Below are positions 1 to 11,200 of a stretch of 64,000 nt of DNA, one piece after another; position 1 is the first letter of the stretch; the number at the start of each line of letters is the position of its first letter. This DNA comes from a bacterium (GTDB taxonomy: Bacteria; SZUA-182; SZUA-191; JAJRXT01), in contig JAJRUS010000007.1 of the NCBI GenBank assembly GCA_024277675.1, forward strand, positions 4,254 to 68,253. Reading direction: 5' to 3'. The translations under genes and the position numbers were made by a program. The notes beneath the pieces were generated by a model that was not told the DNA's origin, did not search any database, and saw only the letters and a list, made by a program, of their open reading frames with translations.

Positions 1-2
1 GG

Positions 3-101
3 ATGCGGGCTGAGGCTTACCAGGCTACCCATGATGAGCTGGTTGGCGAGCGAGTGCTTAAGTTTTATGGTCTACCTGAATTGAGATTATATGAACCATG
101 A
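3..101 (+). CDS. 3' end of an upstream gene of unknown function (partial; window starts inside it)
   Basis: Open frame from the window edge reading ...DELVGERVLKFYGLPELRLYEP. Its TGA stop overlaps the ATG of the next gene (ATGA). Confidence 0.25.
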   Translation: MRAEAYQATHDELVGERVLKFYGLPELRLYEP

Positions 102-892
102 AAGCCAACTTCCCTTTTAGACCAGAGCCTGTGAACCTGAAACATGGAAAGCCTTGCCCATATTGCGGCGGCAGTGGCTGGGAAACTCAAAGCCTGGAAC
201 ATGGTCCTCAGGTTAAACGCTGTCGCTGTTATGGGGAACAACGACGACAGCGATTGTATCAGGAAGCCAGAATTCCAAAGAAATTCAGCGATTGCCGGTT
301 GGATAATTTTGAGGTATATGAGGGAACAGGAAATAATAAGAAGATTAACCATGATTTATCACCTCCCCATGAAGTGGCCAAAAAACTGGTCAAGAAGTAT
401 CCAGCGGTCAACAAGGGCCTGTTTTTCATGGGATCCCGCGGGGTGGGCAAGACCCATTTGGCGGTAGCTATAATTACTGAATTGACTTTGAACAAGGGCG
501 TTCCCTGCTTGTTTTATGATTTTATGGATTTACTTAAAGAAATCAGGCGCACCTATGACCCAAATTCTCCAACATCTGAATTTTCCATCCTGGAGAAAGT
601 GGTAACTAAAGAAGTGTTGGTGTTGGATGATTTGGGGGCTTGGAAGATTACCGATTGGACGCGGGATATAGTCAACTACATTATCAATAAACGTTACAAC
701 GAGAGCCTGATTACCATAATAACCTCAAATTGGATGGATAATCCCCAGGGAATGGATGAAGAGACATTAACCGATCGCATCGGGGTTCGACTCCGTTCAC
801 GATTGCATGAGATGTGCCAGGAGTTTGAGATTAAGGCCAAAGATTATCGGATGAAGAAAAAGAAAGAAACCAGCTTTTCAAAAAAGCGGTAG
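98..892 (+). CDS. DnaC/IstB-like AAA+ ATPase (helicase-loader family) with an N-terminal Cys4 zinc ribbon
   Basis: The N-terminus carries CPYCGGSGW...CRCYG. A Walker A motif (GSRGVGKTHLAVAI) and a Walker B motif (VLVLDDLG) are present. The length and layout are typical of DnaC/DnaI-like loaders. Confidence 0.7.
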   Translation: MKANFPFRPEPVNLKHGKPCPYCGGSGWETQSLEHGPQVKRCRCYGEQRRQRLYQEARIPKKFSDCRLDNFEVYEGTGNNKKINHDLSPPHEVAKKLVKKYPAVNKGLFFMGSRGVGKTHLAVAIITELTLNKGVPCLFYDFMDLLKEIRRTYDPNSPTSEFSILEKVVTKEVLVLDDLGAWKITDWTRDIVNYIINKRYNESLITIITSNWMDNPQGMDEETLTDRIGVRLRSRLHEMCQEFEIKAKDYRMKKKKETSFSKKR

Positions 893-968
893 TTTTGTTT
901 TAAAACGGTTAAAAATAAAATTGAAAACCGGGATTTTCGTTAAGTATTAACCAAAGGAGGTAAGTTCT

Positions 969-2129
969 ATGGGCATGTGGGTTGGTCGCGGGAGGAAGGC
1001 CAGGCGTTGCTATGGCTTTGATGAGATAGCTTTGGTGCCGGGGGCGGTAACTATAAATCCCAATGAGGTGGATATCCGCTGGAAACTGGGGCCGTACAGT
1101 TTTGATATTCCTATCTTAGCGGCCGCTATGGATGGGGTAGTGGATACCAAATTTGCGGGGGCCATGGGGAAATTAGGCGGGATAGCTGTGCTGAACCTGG
1201 AAGGGGTTTATACTCGTTATGATGAACCCTATAAAGTGGTGGAAAAAATAGTAGCCGCATCACCCGAAGAAGCCACCCGGATATTGCAGACCGTCTATAC
1301 TGAACCGATAAAAGAGGAGTTGGTGGCCACCCGGATTAAAGAAATAAAACAAGCCGGGGTCCCGGCGGTAGTATCTACTATACCGCAACGGGCCTGCCAA
1401 TTGGGGAAAATTGCTGAAGAAGCCGGGGCCGATATTCTGGTAGTGCAATCTACGGTAACCACTGTACGTCATATCTCCAGTGAATACGAAACGGTAGATT
1501 TTGCCAGATTAAAATCCATGTTGTCCCTGCCGATAATAGTGGGCAACTGCGTAACCTACAATACTACTCTGGAATTGATGCAAACCGGGATTGACGGTCT
1601 ATTGATTGGGGTGGGGCCTGGAGCCGCCTGTACTACCCGGGGGGTATTGGGGATCGGGGTGCCTCAGGTTACCGCTACTGCCGATGCGGCGGCGGCGCGG
1701 GATTTTTATTTTAAACAGAGCAAACGCTATGTACCCATTATTACCGATGGGGGTATGAGCACCGGGGGGGATATTTGTAAAGCCTTTGCCAGCGGTGCAG
1801 ATGCAGTGATGGTCGGTTCAGCCTTCGCCAAAGCCCAGGAAGCTCCGGGAAAGGGACATCACTGGGGAATGGCCACGCCACATGCCAATCTACCCCGGGG
1901 CACTACGATCGAGGTAGGCACCACCGGTTCCCTGAAACAAATCTTGTTTGGCCCGGCGGAACTGGATGATGGCTCTCAGAATTTAGTGGGGGCGCTGAGA
2001 ACCTCAATGGGCAACTGTGGCGCTGAGAGTATCAAAGAAATGCAGTTAACGGAAATAATTATTGCGCCGGCAATAAAGACCGAGGGCAAAATTTTTCAGC
2101 AACAACAGCATGTGGGCATGGGGAAATAA
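969..2129 (+). CDS. IMP dehydrogenase-family protein (GuaB-related, no CBS insert)
   Basis: A strong RBS (AAAGGAGG) precedes the start. The protein shows a TIM-barrel IMPDH signature (GIAVLNLEG, VGNCVTY, GIDGLLIGVGPGAACTTR, GGMSTGGDICKA) in about 386 aa. guaA lies immediately downstream. Confidence 0.75.
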   Translation: MGMWVGRGRKARRCYGFDEIALVPGAVTINPNEVDIRWKLGPYSFDIPILAAAMDGVVDTKFAGAMGKLGGIAVLNLEGVYTRYDEPYKVVEKIVAASPEEATRILQTVYTEPIKEELVATRIKEIKQAGVPAVVSTIPQRACQLGKIAEEAGADILVVQSTVTTVRHISSEYETVDFARLKSMLSLPIIVGNCVTYNTTLELMQTGIDGLLIGVGPGAACTTRGVLGIGVPQVTATADAAAARDFYFKQSKRYVPIITDGGMSTGGDICKAFASGADAVMVGSAFAKAQEAPGKGHHWGMATPHANLPRGTTIEVGTTGSLKQILFGPAELDDGSQNLVGALRTSMGNCGAESIKEMQLTEIIIAPAIKTEGKIFQQQQHVGMGK

Positions 2130-2240
2130 GTTCAAATGTCAAAATCCAACGTTCAAATGAAATCCAAAATTCCAATGCCAAAATTTGACATTTGAACTTT
2201 GACATTCATTTGGCATTTGAGCTTTGGCATTTCTCTGTGC
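2130..2240. repeat. AT-rich palindromic array of about 8 TTTG(A/G)CATT / AATGTCAAA motif copies (candidate operator array)
   Basis: GTTCAAATGTCAAA at 2130 is the reverse complement of TTTGACATTTGAAC at 2184. Direct repeats tttgacatttgaac / tttgacattcat / ttggcatttgagc / tttggcatttct follow. Confidence 0.5.
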
Positions 2241-2268
2241 TTTATTTAATATAGTAAAGGGGAAGAAA

Positions 2269-2469
2269 ATGGCTGAAAAAAAAGAAGCCTGTGTTAAATG
2301 CGGCAAGAAAACCGGGGTGTATACCATGACTACGCTTTATAATTGCCCTAAATGTGAGACCAGCATGTGCTTTGAATGCTTGCCCGATGAATCCAAAAAG
2401 GGACGGATTTTCAAAAAATATTTCTGCCCCAAGTGTGGGGAAAGAATGAGTTATATAGATAAGGTATAA
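2269..2469 (+). CDS. Small zinc-ribbon protein (three CxxC pairs)
   Basis: An RBS (GGGGAAG) lies before the ATG at 2269. Cysteine pairs are CVKCG, CPKCE, CFEC and CPKCG. The reading frame also opens earlier, at 2224. Confidence 0.5.
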   Translation: MAEKKEACVKCGKKTGVYTMTTLYNCPKCETSMCFECLPDESKKGRIFKKYFCPKCGERMSYIDKV

Positions 2470-2520
2470 TTTGTGTCAATAAAGACGATTTGTGAGGACA
2501 ACCCCTAAATTAAGCCGCCA

Positions 2521-4065
2521 ATGGACATTCACGCCCAAAAGATAATCATTCTGGACTTCGGTTCACAATACAGTCAATTGATTGCCCGCCGGGTGCGGGA
2601 AGCCAAGGTCTTTTCGCAGATACTGCCCTATAATACTAAAGTAGCGGAGCTTAGTTCCCTTAAACCACAGGGGATAATTTTCTCCGGTGGGCCTTACAGT
2701 ATTTACGACCCTGAGGCCCCGCATGTTGATCAATCAATATTCGGACTGGGGATTCCCCTGCTCGGCATCTGCTATGGTATGCAGCTTATAACTGAGAAAT
2801 TCGGCGGGCAGGTGGCCCGGGCCGAAAAGCGGGAATATGGGCCCGCCCAATTGCTGGTGGACGATGCCGGTGATTTATTTAGCGGTTTGCCGGAAAGTTT
2901 GCCGGTGTGGATGAGCCATGGGGATCGGGTGCTTAGGATTCCGGCTGATTTTGAGGCCATAGCCCATACGGATAACAGCCCCACCGCCGCTATACGGCAT
3001 AAACATAAGCCCATATACGGGGTGCAATTTCACCCGGAAGTGGTGCATACTCCACCAGGGGCCGAGATTATTAAAAACTTTTTGTACGGGGTTTGTAATT
3101 GCAAGCCTAGCTGGAATATGAGTTCCTTTGTTGAGGAGGCGGTGGCCTGCATCCGGGAACGGGTAGGGAAAAAGAAGGTTCTTTGCGCGCTATCAGGAGG
3201 GGTGGATTCTTCGGTGGTGGCCCGGCTGTTACACCGGGCCATTGGGGATCAGCTATGGTGTATCTTTGTAGATAACGGTTTGTTGCGCAAAGGAGAGGCT
3301 AAAGCCGTACGCGATACCTTTGAGGGGCGGTTTAATATGAACCTGGATTATGTGGATGCCCGGCAGCGTTTTTTGGATAAGTTAGCTGGAGTGATCGATC
3401 CTGAACAAAAGCGCAAGCTCATTGGCAATGAGTTTATTTACTTGTTTGAAGAGGAGGCTCATAAACTGGGGCAGATCGATTTTCTGGCTCAGGGCACGCT
3501 GTATCCGGATGTTATAGAGAGTGTATCGGTCAAAGGGCCTTCTGCCACTATAAAAAGCCATCACAACGTGGGTGGATTGCCGGAGCAGATGAAGCTGGAG
3601 TTGGTGGAACCCCTGCGGGAGTTGTTTAAGGATGAGGTAAGGTTGGTGGGGCAGGAATTGGGCTTGCCGGAAGAGATTATAAACCGGCAACCCTTTCCCG
3701 GTCCGGGATTGGCGGTACGGATTCTGGGAGAAGTTACCGGGAAGCGGCTTTCTATGCTGCGTGAGGCGGATGCAATTGTTGGAGAGGAGTTTAAGCGCTC
3801 CGGCTGGTATAGCCGGGTATGGCAATCCTTTGCGGTATTATTACCCATAAAAACGGTGGGCGTAATGGGGGATGAGCGGACATATGACAACGTAATTGCC
3901 CTGCGGGCAGTGCATAGTCAGGATGGGATGACCGCTGATTGGGTGCGGCTGCCCTATGATCTGTTAAGTATTATATCGAACAGGATAATAAATGAGGTGA
4001 CTGGGGTTAACCGGGTTACTTATGACGTATCTTCAAAGCCACCCAGCACCATCGAGTGGGAATAA
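2521..4065 (+). CDS. guaA: GMP synthase (glutamine-hydrolysing)
   Basis: A class-I glutamine amidotransferase (GATase) catalytic region ([10 protein letters not shown]) is followed by the ATP-PPase motif SGGVDSSV and the canonical C-terminus ...PPSTIEWE. Confidence 0.95.
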   Translation: MDIHAQKIIILDFGSQYSQLIARRVREAKVFSQILPYNTKVAELSSLKPQGIIFSGGPYSIYDPEAPHVDQSIFGLGIPLLGICYGMQLITEKFGGQVARAEKREYGPAQLLVDDAGDLFSGLPESLPVWMSHGDRVLRIPADFEAIAHTDNSPTAAIRHKHKPIYGVQFHPEVVHTPPGAEIIKNFLYGVCNCKPSWNMSSFVEEAVACIRERVGKKKVLCALSGGVDSSVVARLLHRAIGDQLWCIFVDNGLLRKGEAKAVRDTFEGRFNMNLDYVDARQRFLDKLAGVIDPEQKRKLIGNEFIYLFEEEAHKLGQIDFLAQGTLYPDVIESVSVKGPSATIKSHHNVGGLPEQMKLELVEPLRELFKDEVRLVGQELGLPEEIINRQPFPGPGLAVRILGEVTGKRLSMLREADAIVGEEFKRSGWYSRVWQSFAVLLPIKTVGVMGDERTYDNVIALRAVHSQDGMTADWVRLPYDLLSIISNRIINEVTGVNRVTYDVSSKPPSTIEWE

Positions 4066-4415
4066 GCTGAATAATTTTGAGGGAAACCAGCATACAAGAT
4101 AGGGTGAAGAAATAATTCAGCATTTTTCTATTACCCGGGAAACAAAACCGATAATAGCCAATACCAAAATACCTAGTACTATGAGTTGCCATTTGATCAT
4201 AATAAAAAACTCCTTTGCAAAGGTCCAATTGTTTACATATAATACAATAGCTGTGCAATAATTGCGCCATTGTGGTTTGGCTTTTGCCCTATACAATTTG
4301 TGGTAGGGATGAATAGAATTTGAGCTTATGATTTTCTATGCTATAAAAAAGCTTGAAATTTAGTCTCTTAGTTGAGACGGGTGTGGGATTTTAACCACAG
4401 CAAGAGGAATATAAT

Positions 4416-4715
4416 TTGTTTTTAGGCAAAGTAATCGGCAACCTGGTTGCCAGCCGGAAACACGAAGACTTACAGGGAGTTAAGCTTCTCATTATCCAGC
4501 CCTTAAATCACCGGCGCTTGCCTGTCGGTCCAGCTATTGTGGCAGTAGACAGTCTGCGGGCAGGCCCAGGTGAATTGGTGTTTCTGGAAGATGGTCGTGA
4601 GGCTTCCTTTACCCTGCCCAACACCTTTGTCCCGGTTGATGCAGCAGTAGTGGGAATAGTAGACCAAATAGATGTAACTGATGGAAAAGGGTATAACAAA
4701 AATCAGGAATCATAA
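4416..4715 (+). CDS. EutN/CcmL/PduN-family protein (microcompartment pentamer-vertex fold), orphan
   Basis: MFLGKVIGNLVASRKHEDLQGVKLLIIQPL...VDAAVVGIVDQIDV matches the EutN/CcmL consensus (KVIGTVVST.K...G.KLL.VQP...VD..GAG....V..VD..VVGIVD). No shell (BMC-H) genes are in the window. Confidence 0.7.
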   Translation: MFLGKVIGNLVASRKHEDLQGVKLLIIQPLNHRRLPVGPAIVAVDSLRAGPGELVFLEDGREASFTLPNTFVPVDAAVVGIVDQIDVTDGKGYNKNQES

Positions 4716-4955
4716 CCCGAAATCCCGCCTCATCCCCGATTTTTCAATTATTCAAAGCCCGGCCGCTTTGCTTTCCGCCAACGCAATATTAATTAAAATG
4801 ACCCTATAACCGACTAAACATGATAAAATTTATCCTATCAGTGAATTATATTTCACTGATATAATTACTTGCACTATAAAAAATACTTGACACAAAAGAT
4901 TTTATAGCTATGATATAATTATGGTTATGATATAAAATATGTATGATATGTCACT

Positions 4956-5171
4956 GTGGTGGAAAATATGGCAAAATCAGCTGGCGGTGCAAATGGCAAT
5001 ATAAAGCTCCACCCATATGTCCTGGAGCTGGCGCTGTATTTGCAAATGCTGATGGAAGAAGGGTTTCAGGGAAATGTGCTGATACCCATTAAGGGCAAGC
5101 GATTCGGGTTGATAAAAAAGGAAGAGTTTGTAGATTTACGTTCCAAGGGTCGATCAAACCCAACCAGATAA
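4956..5171 (+). CDS. Hypothetical small protein (71 aa)
   Basis: An ORF sits in the AT-rich leader region and a rho-independent terminator follows it. There is no recognisable domain. Confidence 0.3.
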   Translation: MVENMAKSAGGANGNIKLHPYVLELALYLQMLMEEGFQGNVLIPIKGKRFGLIKKEEFVDLRSKGRSNPTR

Positions 5172-5203
5172 CTAAGTAATACTCAGGTAACCGCTGAAAG
5201 AGG

Positions 5204-5249
5204 GCCTGTGTTAGGCGAAAATTTGTTCGCCTGATGCAGGCTTTTTTTT
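5204..5249 (+). terminator. Rho-independent terminator
   Basis: GCCTG-tgtta-GGCGAA-aatttgt-TTCGCC-tgatg-CAGGC forms nested stems followed by TTTTTTTT. Confidence 0.55.
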
Positions 5250-5283
5250 GTGCTAAAGGCAATATATCCCAGGAGACAGCATT

Positions 5284-8200
5284 ATGAAAAGAACTATTGT
5301 GTCGACTATATTGATTTTATTATCAGGCTCTTTGGTGGTTACCTCTGTGGCGGGTGCGGTTTGTGAGATGAAAACCGATTATACCCCAGGCGTAGCATGC
5401 GCCTCGAGTACGGTGGTGGTGAATAATGACGCCGAGTTAGACGCTTATCTGGCAGACTTTGGCTTTAATGGGAACAAATACCAGAACCTGAAGCTTAACT
5501 ACGATGTGACCAGAGCAAATATTGATATCCACTCCCCCTGCAAGATTACCTTGAAGGACAATGTCATCTTGAGTGGGGATAGCATCTGTCTGGATGGCCG
5601 AAATGGGGTGGTTGACGATAACGGTTACACCGCCAATGCTGCCCAGTTGAGCGTATTATCTGAGTTGGGAGATGCTCATTTCGGCCGGGGATCGGTTATT
5701 AACGCTAATGAGTTGACCCTCAGCGCCTGGAAGAAGGCCAAAATCGGCATTAACTCCCAGGTTAATGTGACTGGGGCGGTTAAGCTGGTTTCCAGCGGTG
5801 ATCTCGCCAGTAGCGATGCTATTATCCGACAAGGCTCCACCGTAAATGCCGATAGCTTACTGGTACAGGCTCCCAGGGGCGCCACGCTTGGGCTAAGTAC
5901 CGATATTAATGTTAGCGGTAAGGTATCGGTCATTTCCACTGGCAGTTATACCGGCAGTCTGGCCAAAATTAAACAGGGGGCTGCTGTCAGCGCTAATAAT
6001 CTGGATCTGATTTCGGACAATAAAGCTGCGCTTGGGTTAAGTACAGTAATAGCCGCTGCCGACAATTTTACCATGCAGGCCGCCTCCCCGGATAAATGTT
6101 CCATTGCCGGTTCAGCCAGCATAAATGCGGGCAGCACCTGGGGGAATTGTTTACAACCCCTGGTGGTGGATATAACCTCACCGGCCGCCGGCTCACTTAC
6201 TAACAGCCCGACCATTAGCGTATCGGGCACAGTAACCGACCTCAATGCCTCAGTAACCGTAAACGATATTCCGGCTACAGTAGCCAATACCGGCTTTAGC
6301 GTCGACAATGTTCCTTTAAGCGAAGGGCCGAATACCATCACCGCCACGGCTACTGATCCGGCGGGCAATACCAGCGCCCATTCCATCAACATTACCCTGG
6401 ATACGATAATTCCCGACATCGGCATAAGCTCGCCGGCCAATGGTTCCACCATAGATAGCAACCTTCCGCTTGTCATCATGGACTACAGCGATGCAGGTGC
6501 GGGAATAGATAGCGGCAGCTTTCAAGCCAGCATAAACGGAGTGGATTATACCGCCTCATTTACAGTTACCGCCACTCAGGCTAGCTATCAACTAATCGCC
6601 CCCCTGCCCGAGGGAGCTAATACAGTTACCGCCGGCATATCAGATCTGGCGGGTAATTCAGCCTCAACCACTTCCAGCTTCACCGTGTCTATTGCTCCTC
6701 AGGCAACCGAATCTTCCGGTTTTATTCATGGTCAAGTATTTGATGTTCAAACAAAGTTGCCCATTGAAGGAGCCGTGGTTACTGTAGCGGGCATAGGGGG
6801 TAATATTTTATCTGATTTAGAAGGCAAATTCGTATTTCCTACACCAGGCACAGGCATCTATAAACTTAAAATAACCAAAGATGGATACAATTATAACCAG
6901 CGACTGGCCGAGGTGGTTTCCACCCGTGACACAACAGTAGCCCCGGCATATCTGCTGGCCATCGACACTACCGATATGGTAATCGCCTCCCAGGGAGCCT
7001 CACTTACCAACAGCACCGGCGATTTGCAAGTGGATATTCCACCTGACAGCTTACCCTATGATGCTGAGGTACACTTAACATTAATCACAGAACCGGAGCA
7101 ATTACCCAGTCCATTGCCTGACGGTTATGCCTTTATCAACTTTTTCTATGGCGAGCCTTCCGTTCAATTCGATCCACCGGCCACAGTACGTTTTTATAAC
7201 CGGTTGGGCTTTGAACCGGGGGCTACATTAACCATTGTGTTCTGGAATCGCCAGGAATTAGTGTGGGAAGAACGGGGGATGGCCTGGGTTACTGAGGATG
7301 GACAATGGATTCAGGGTGACTGGCCAAGTTTCAGTTCCGGGGGGATAACAATCCGCCCGATATACCCGGAAGTACCCTGCCCTGATCCCAATGACCCGGA
7401 TTGCCCCCCATGCGATCCGAACGATCCGAATTGTGGAGAAGAATGTGTTCCCGGTGACCCAGATTGTCCTGATTCCTGTCTGAATCCGGGGTTCGCCGGC
7501 AGTGGTTTTGTGTCGACTAATTATGCCCTCCCCAGTATAAATGCATTAGGAGCTTCAAGTGGGCTGCGATTAACTTATAACAGCAATGCAGCTTACCCCA
7601 CGGTGAGCATTCCCGCTATTGTCTATCCCAGAGGCACCTTTGCCATAACTCCTGATTCAATAAACATAGCTATAGAAGCGGGAGGGGAAAGTATAGAGAA
7701 AAAATTTGCATACAACAATCAGGTATCCCGCCAGACTTATTTACACACTCCCAGGGTAGCGGTTGATGGACAAACCAAATGGTTTGCCAGCGGCACATAC
7801 CCATATAATGTTAAGATTTCCAACGATTATAAACGAAACGAATACGCTGTTATTATATATAGCATATTCAATGGCGTACCTTTTGAGCCTGTAAGAACCG
7901 CAACTTATGTCATTGAGGATAAACCGGTCTCCTATTCAAGGGAGGTTTCAGGCAGATATGCAGTGGTTAATCACATAGCGAGCCCCTTCGGTTCCGGGTG
8001 GACAATACAGGGATTATCCAGGTTACACTTTGACCCAAATGACCCTGGTGGAAATATCAGTACGGTAATGCTTGATGAAGGCAGTGGAAATTTCAGGGTT
8101 TATACGCTGGTTGAGAATACTCCGATCACCAGTGAAGCAGTATATACTTCTCAAGCTGGCGATTTTTCCACTTTAATGCGCCATTCAGATGGTAGTTATA

Positions 8201-11200
8201 CCAGAAAAATGCATAAAGGCGGTATGGTATATAACTATAACCATCAAGGGTTGCTTACTTCAAAGGTTGATAGTAATGGGAATACGACTAATTACATTTA
8301 TGATGCTCAAGGTTTATTGATTAGGATAGAAAACGCAATCGGGGGCGCTACAAACTTCAGTTATGATGCAAACGGACATATATCTGATATACAAGATGCA
8401 GCTGGGAGGGTAACGCAGTTTAATGTTGATACTTTCGGTAACCTGGTATCTATCACCGCCCCTGATGGAAATGCCACTTCTTATGCCTATGATGCTAACC
8501 ATCTGCTTACTACTGAACAAAACCCCAGGGGAGCTTCTACTCAGTATGTATATGATAATTATGGCCGCCTCAAACAAACCATATCTCCTGCCGGAGCCAC
8601 AGAACAACTTTATCCCGATTATACTAATGGATTAATCAATGAACTGCCTGGTAACGGTACCTTAGCCACCCATTTTAATTTTTCAGATGTTGAATCAAGG
8701 GCAGTAAATGCCCTGGGGCAAACAAAAACCGTTAAGACTAATACCAAAGGCTTTGTTATCCAGAAAACTGATGCATTAGGAAACATCACCTCGTATGAAA
8801 GAAATTGTGCTTGTGGCGCACCGACAAAAATCACTTATCCCAATGGCAGGGTGGTTACCATGACCTATGACGCTAATGGTAACCTGTTAACCAGAACCGA
8901 AGAAGCAACTGGAGCCGCCACTACTTATACCTATGAACCAGACTTTAATCAGGTAGCCAGCATAACCGATCCACGGGGTAATGTTACCCAAATGACCTAT
9001 GATGCTAACGGCAATTTAATCCAAACCACCGATGCCCTGGGTAACATAACCAGTATGTCATACAACGCTCAGGGACAACTTACCCACATCACCAACGCCT
9101 TAAATGAGACCACTATTTTCAGCTATAACCCGGCTACCGGCAATCTGCTATCTATCACTGATCCACTGGGTAATGCGACCAGCTATACCTATGATGCCGC
9201 CGGTAATCTGCTGACCAGTACCGATGCTGAAGGCCATATCACCAGCTACACCTATGATGCTATGAATCGCCTGCTCAGGGTTACCGATTCAAATAATAAT
9301 ACCACTAACTATGAATACGATGCTACCGGCAACTTGATCAAGGTTACCGATGCCAAGGGGCAAATTACACAATTTGCATACAATGAAGATAATATGTTAG
9401 TCAGCGCGACTAATCCCCTGGGCTATACCAGAATATACAGCTATGATGCTAATCGCAACCTGGTTTCTACCACTGATGCAGAAAGCCAGACCATAAACTA
9501 CGCTTATGATGCCTTGAACCGATTGATCCAAAAAACTCTGCCAGATAACTCAACCACTGACTATAGATACGATGAGGCAGGAAACCTGCTCAACATCTAT
9601 GCTCCGCGCACCCTTATCGTCATGGAATATGATCTGCTCGGCAGGCTTAAATCCTCATCTACTCTGGTTAATACCAGGGATGATGAGTTTGCCAACTATG
9701 TGTCTTTACCTGCCAATACAGTAATCAGTTCCAATGATACAAGTTATGACAATACCGATATTCTGATTGTAGATGGAGCGGTGATAACCATTGATGGGAC
9801 ACATACCTTTAAAAATATAGCCATAATCAATGGTGGCAAATTAACCCATTCGGCAGGCTCTCATCTGGATATTACGGCTGATGCTGTACTAATCGACTCT
9901 ACCAGCAGTATAGATATGAGCGGCAGAGGCTATGCGCCGGGTTATACGCTGGGCAATAGCGCTATTGGGGCCAGTTTATATGGCGCCGGCGGCAGTTATG
10001 GCGGTGTAGGGGGCATATACTCTCCCACCGGCAGTGTTTCCAATGACGTATACGGGGATTACCGTAACCCGAACGAGTTAGGCAGCGGCAGTAGTTATTA
10101 TGGCAATACCGGCGCTGCCGGTGGGGGGCTGGTGCGCATTGTGGCCAATAGCCTAACCCTGGATGGAACAATTAACGCTAACGGCAATACATCCACGTAT
10201 GGCGGCGGCGGATCGGGCGGTGGCATCCGACTGGATGTGGGTACTATGTCCGGTGTAGGTTCGATTAATGCGCTGGGCGGTAATGGTGGCAATCGTGGCG
10301 GCGGTGGCGGCGGACGAATCGCCCTTTATTATACAGCGGATATGGCTGGTTTTACAGGAAGCATCAGCGCATATGGCGGTACAGGAAACTATGGACATGG
10401 TGGAGCGGGTACGGTTTACATGAAATCCACCGCACAAGCTTATGGCGATTTAATAGTAGCTAACAACGGCAAGAACACCGCTGACTATTCAACCCCATTG
10501 CGGACTATAGGTTTTGGTTATAGCGACAGCATCATCTATAGTCCCGCCAGCGGCCAGAGCACGCTCAGTGATGCAACAGCAGCCTGGCCGCAACCGGATG
10601 CAGCTATGGGTGCGTTGGGGTTAATCGGTTTAGAGCTTAATCCCAATACGATTCAATCCCAGACATATACCGTGGCAAATAATACTGCCACCACTATCAT
10701 CGTTGACGGTAATATAACCTCAGTCGCTACATCAGGCGATGCCTATATTGGGGAATATACTTTTGATAACCTGTATGTTCGTGGTAAAGCCAGGCTTTCG
10801 ACTGAAGACGATATCTATGTTTTGGGTACTATAGAGGTAGATAATGCCAGCCTGAAAGCCAATGCACTGAATTTTCCCGACAGCAATCAACTCCAAGCCA
10901 TTAACGGCATTATTGAGGTAAGCGGGCCATTGTTTGAGGGTCATGCTAATGTAATCCTGGATGGGGATAGCCTTACCGTAAATAGCATTACCGGCGTGGA
11001 TTCGCTGGCATTAACCAATGGCGCTGTGCTGAAAAGTTTTTATCTGGCGCCATTGGAAATAAGCGTTGCTGATTTAACCATCGACTCTACCAGCAGCATA
11101 GATGTAAGCGGCCAGGGTTATGCCGGGGGGTATACCTTAGGTAATACTACTGATGGGGCCAGTTTATATGGCGCCGGCGGGAGTTATGGCGGCCGGGGCG

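Noticed and set aside
785-800. tRNA-like GGTTCGACTCC T-loop motif
   Set aside because: It lies inside the DnaC-like CDS, and no acceptor or anticodon stem can be built around it. It is a chance match.
4888-4925. Sigma70 promoter TTGACA...TGATATAAT upstream of the 71-aa ORF
   Set aside because: The -35/-10 spacing is about 21 nt, which is too long for a canonical promoter. The repeated TGATAT motifs are noted, but a promoter call is not supported.
5676-6525. Several minus-strand ORFs (87-177 aa) and others antisense within the Rhs gene (e.g. 8314-8607, 9962-10437, 11147-11356)
   Set aside because: All are antisense to a strongly supported repetitive coding region. The Gly-rich sense strand produces open antisense frames, so these are artefacts.
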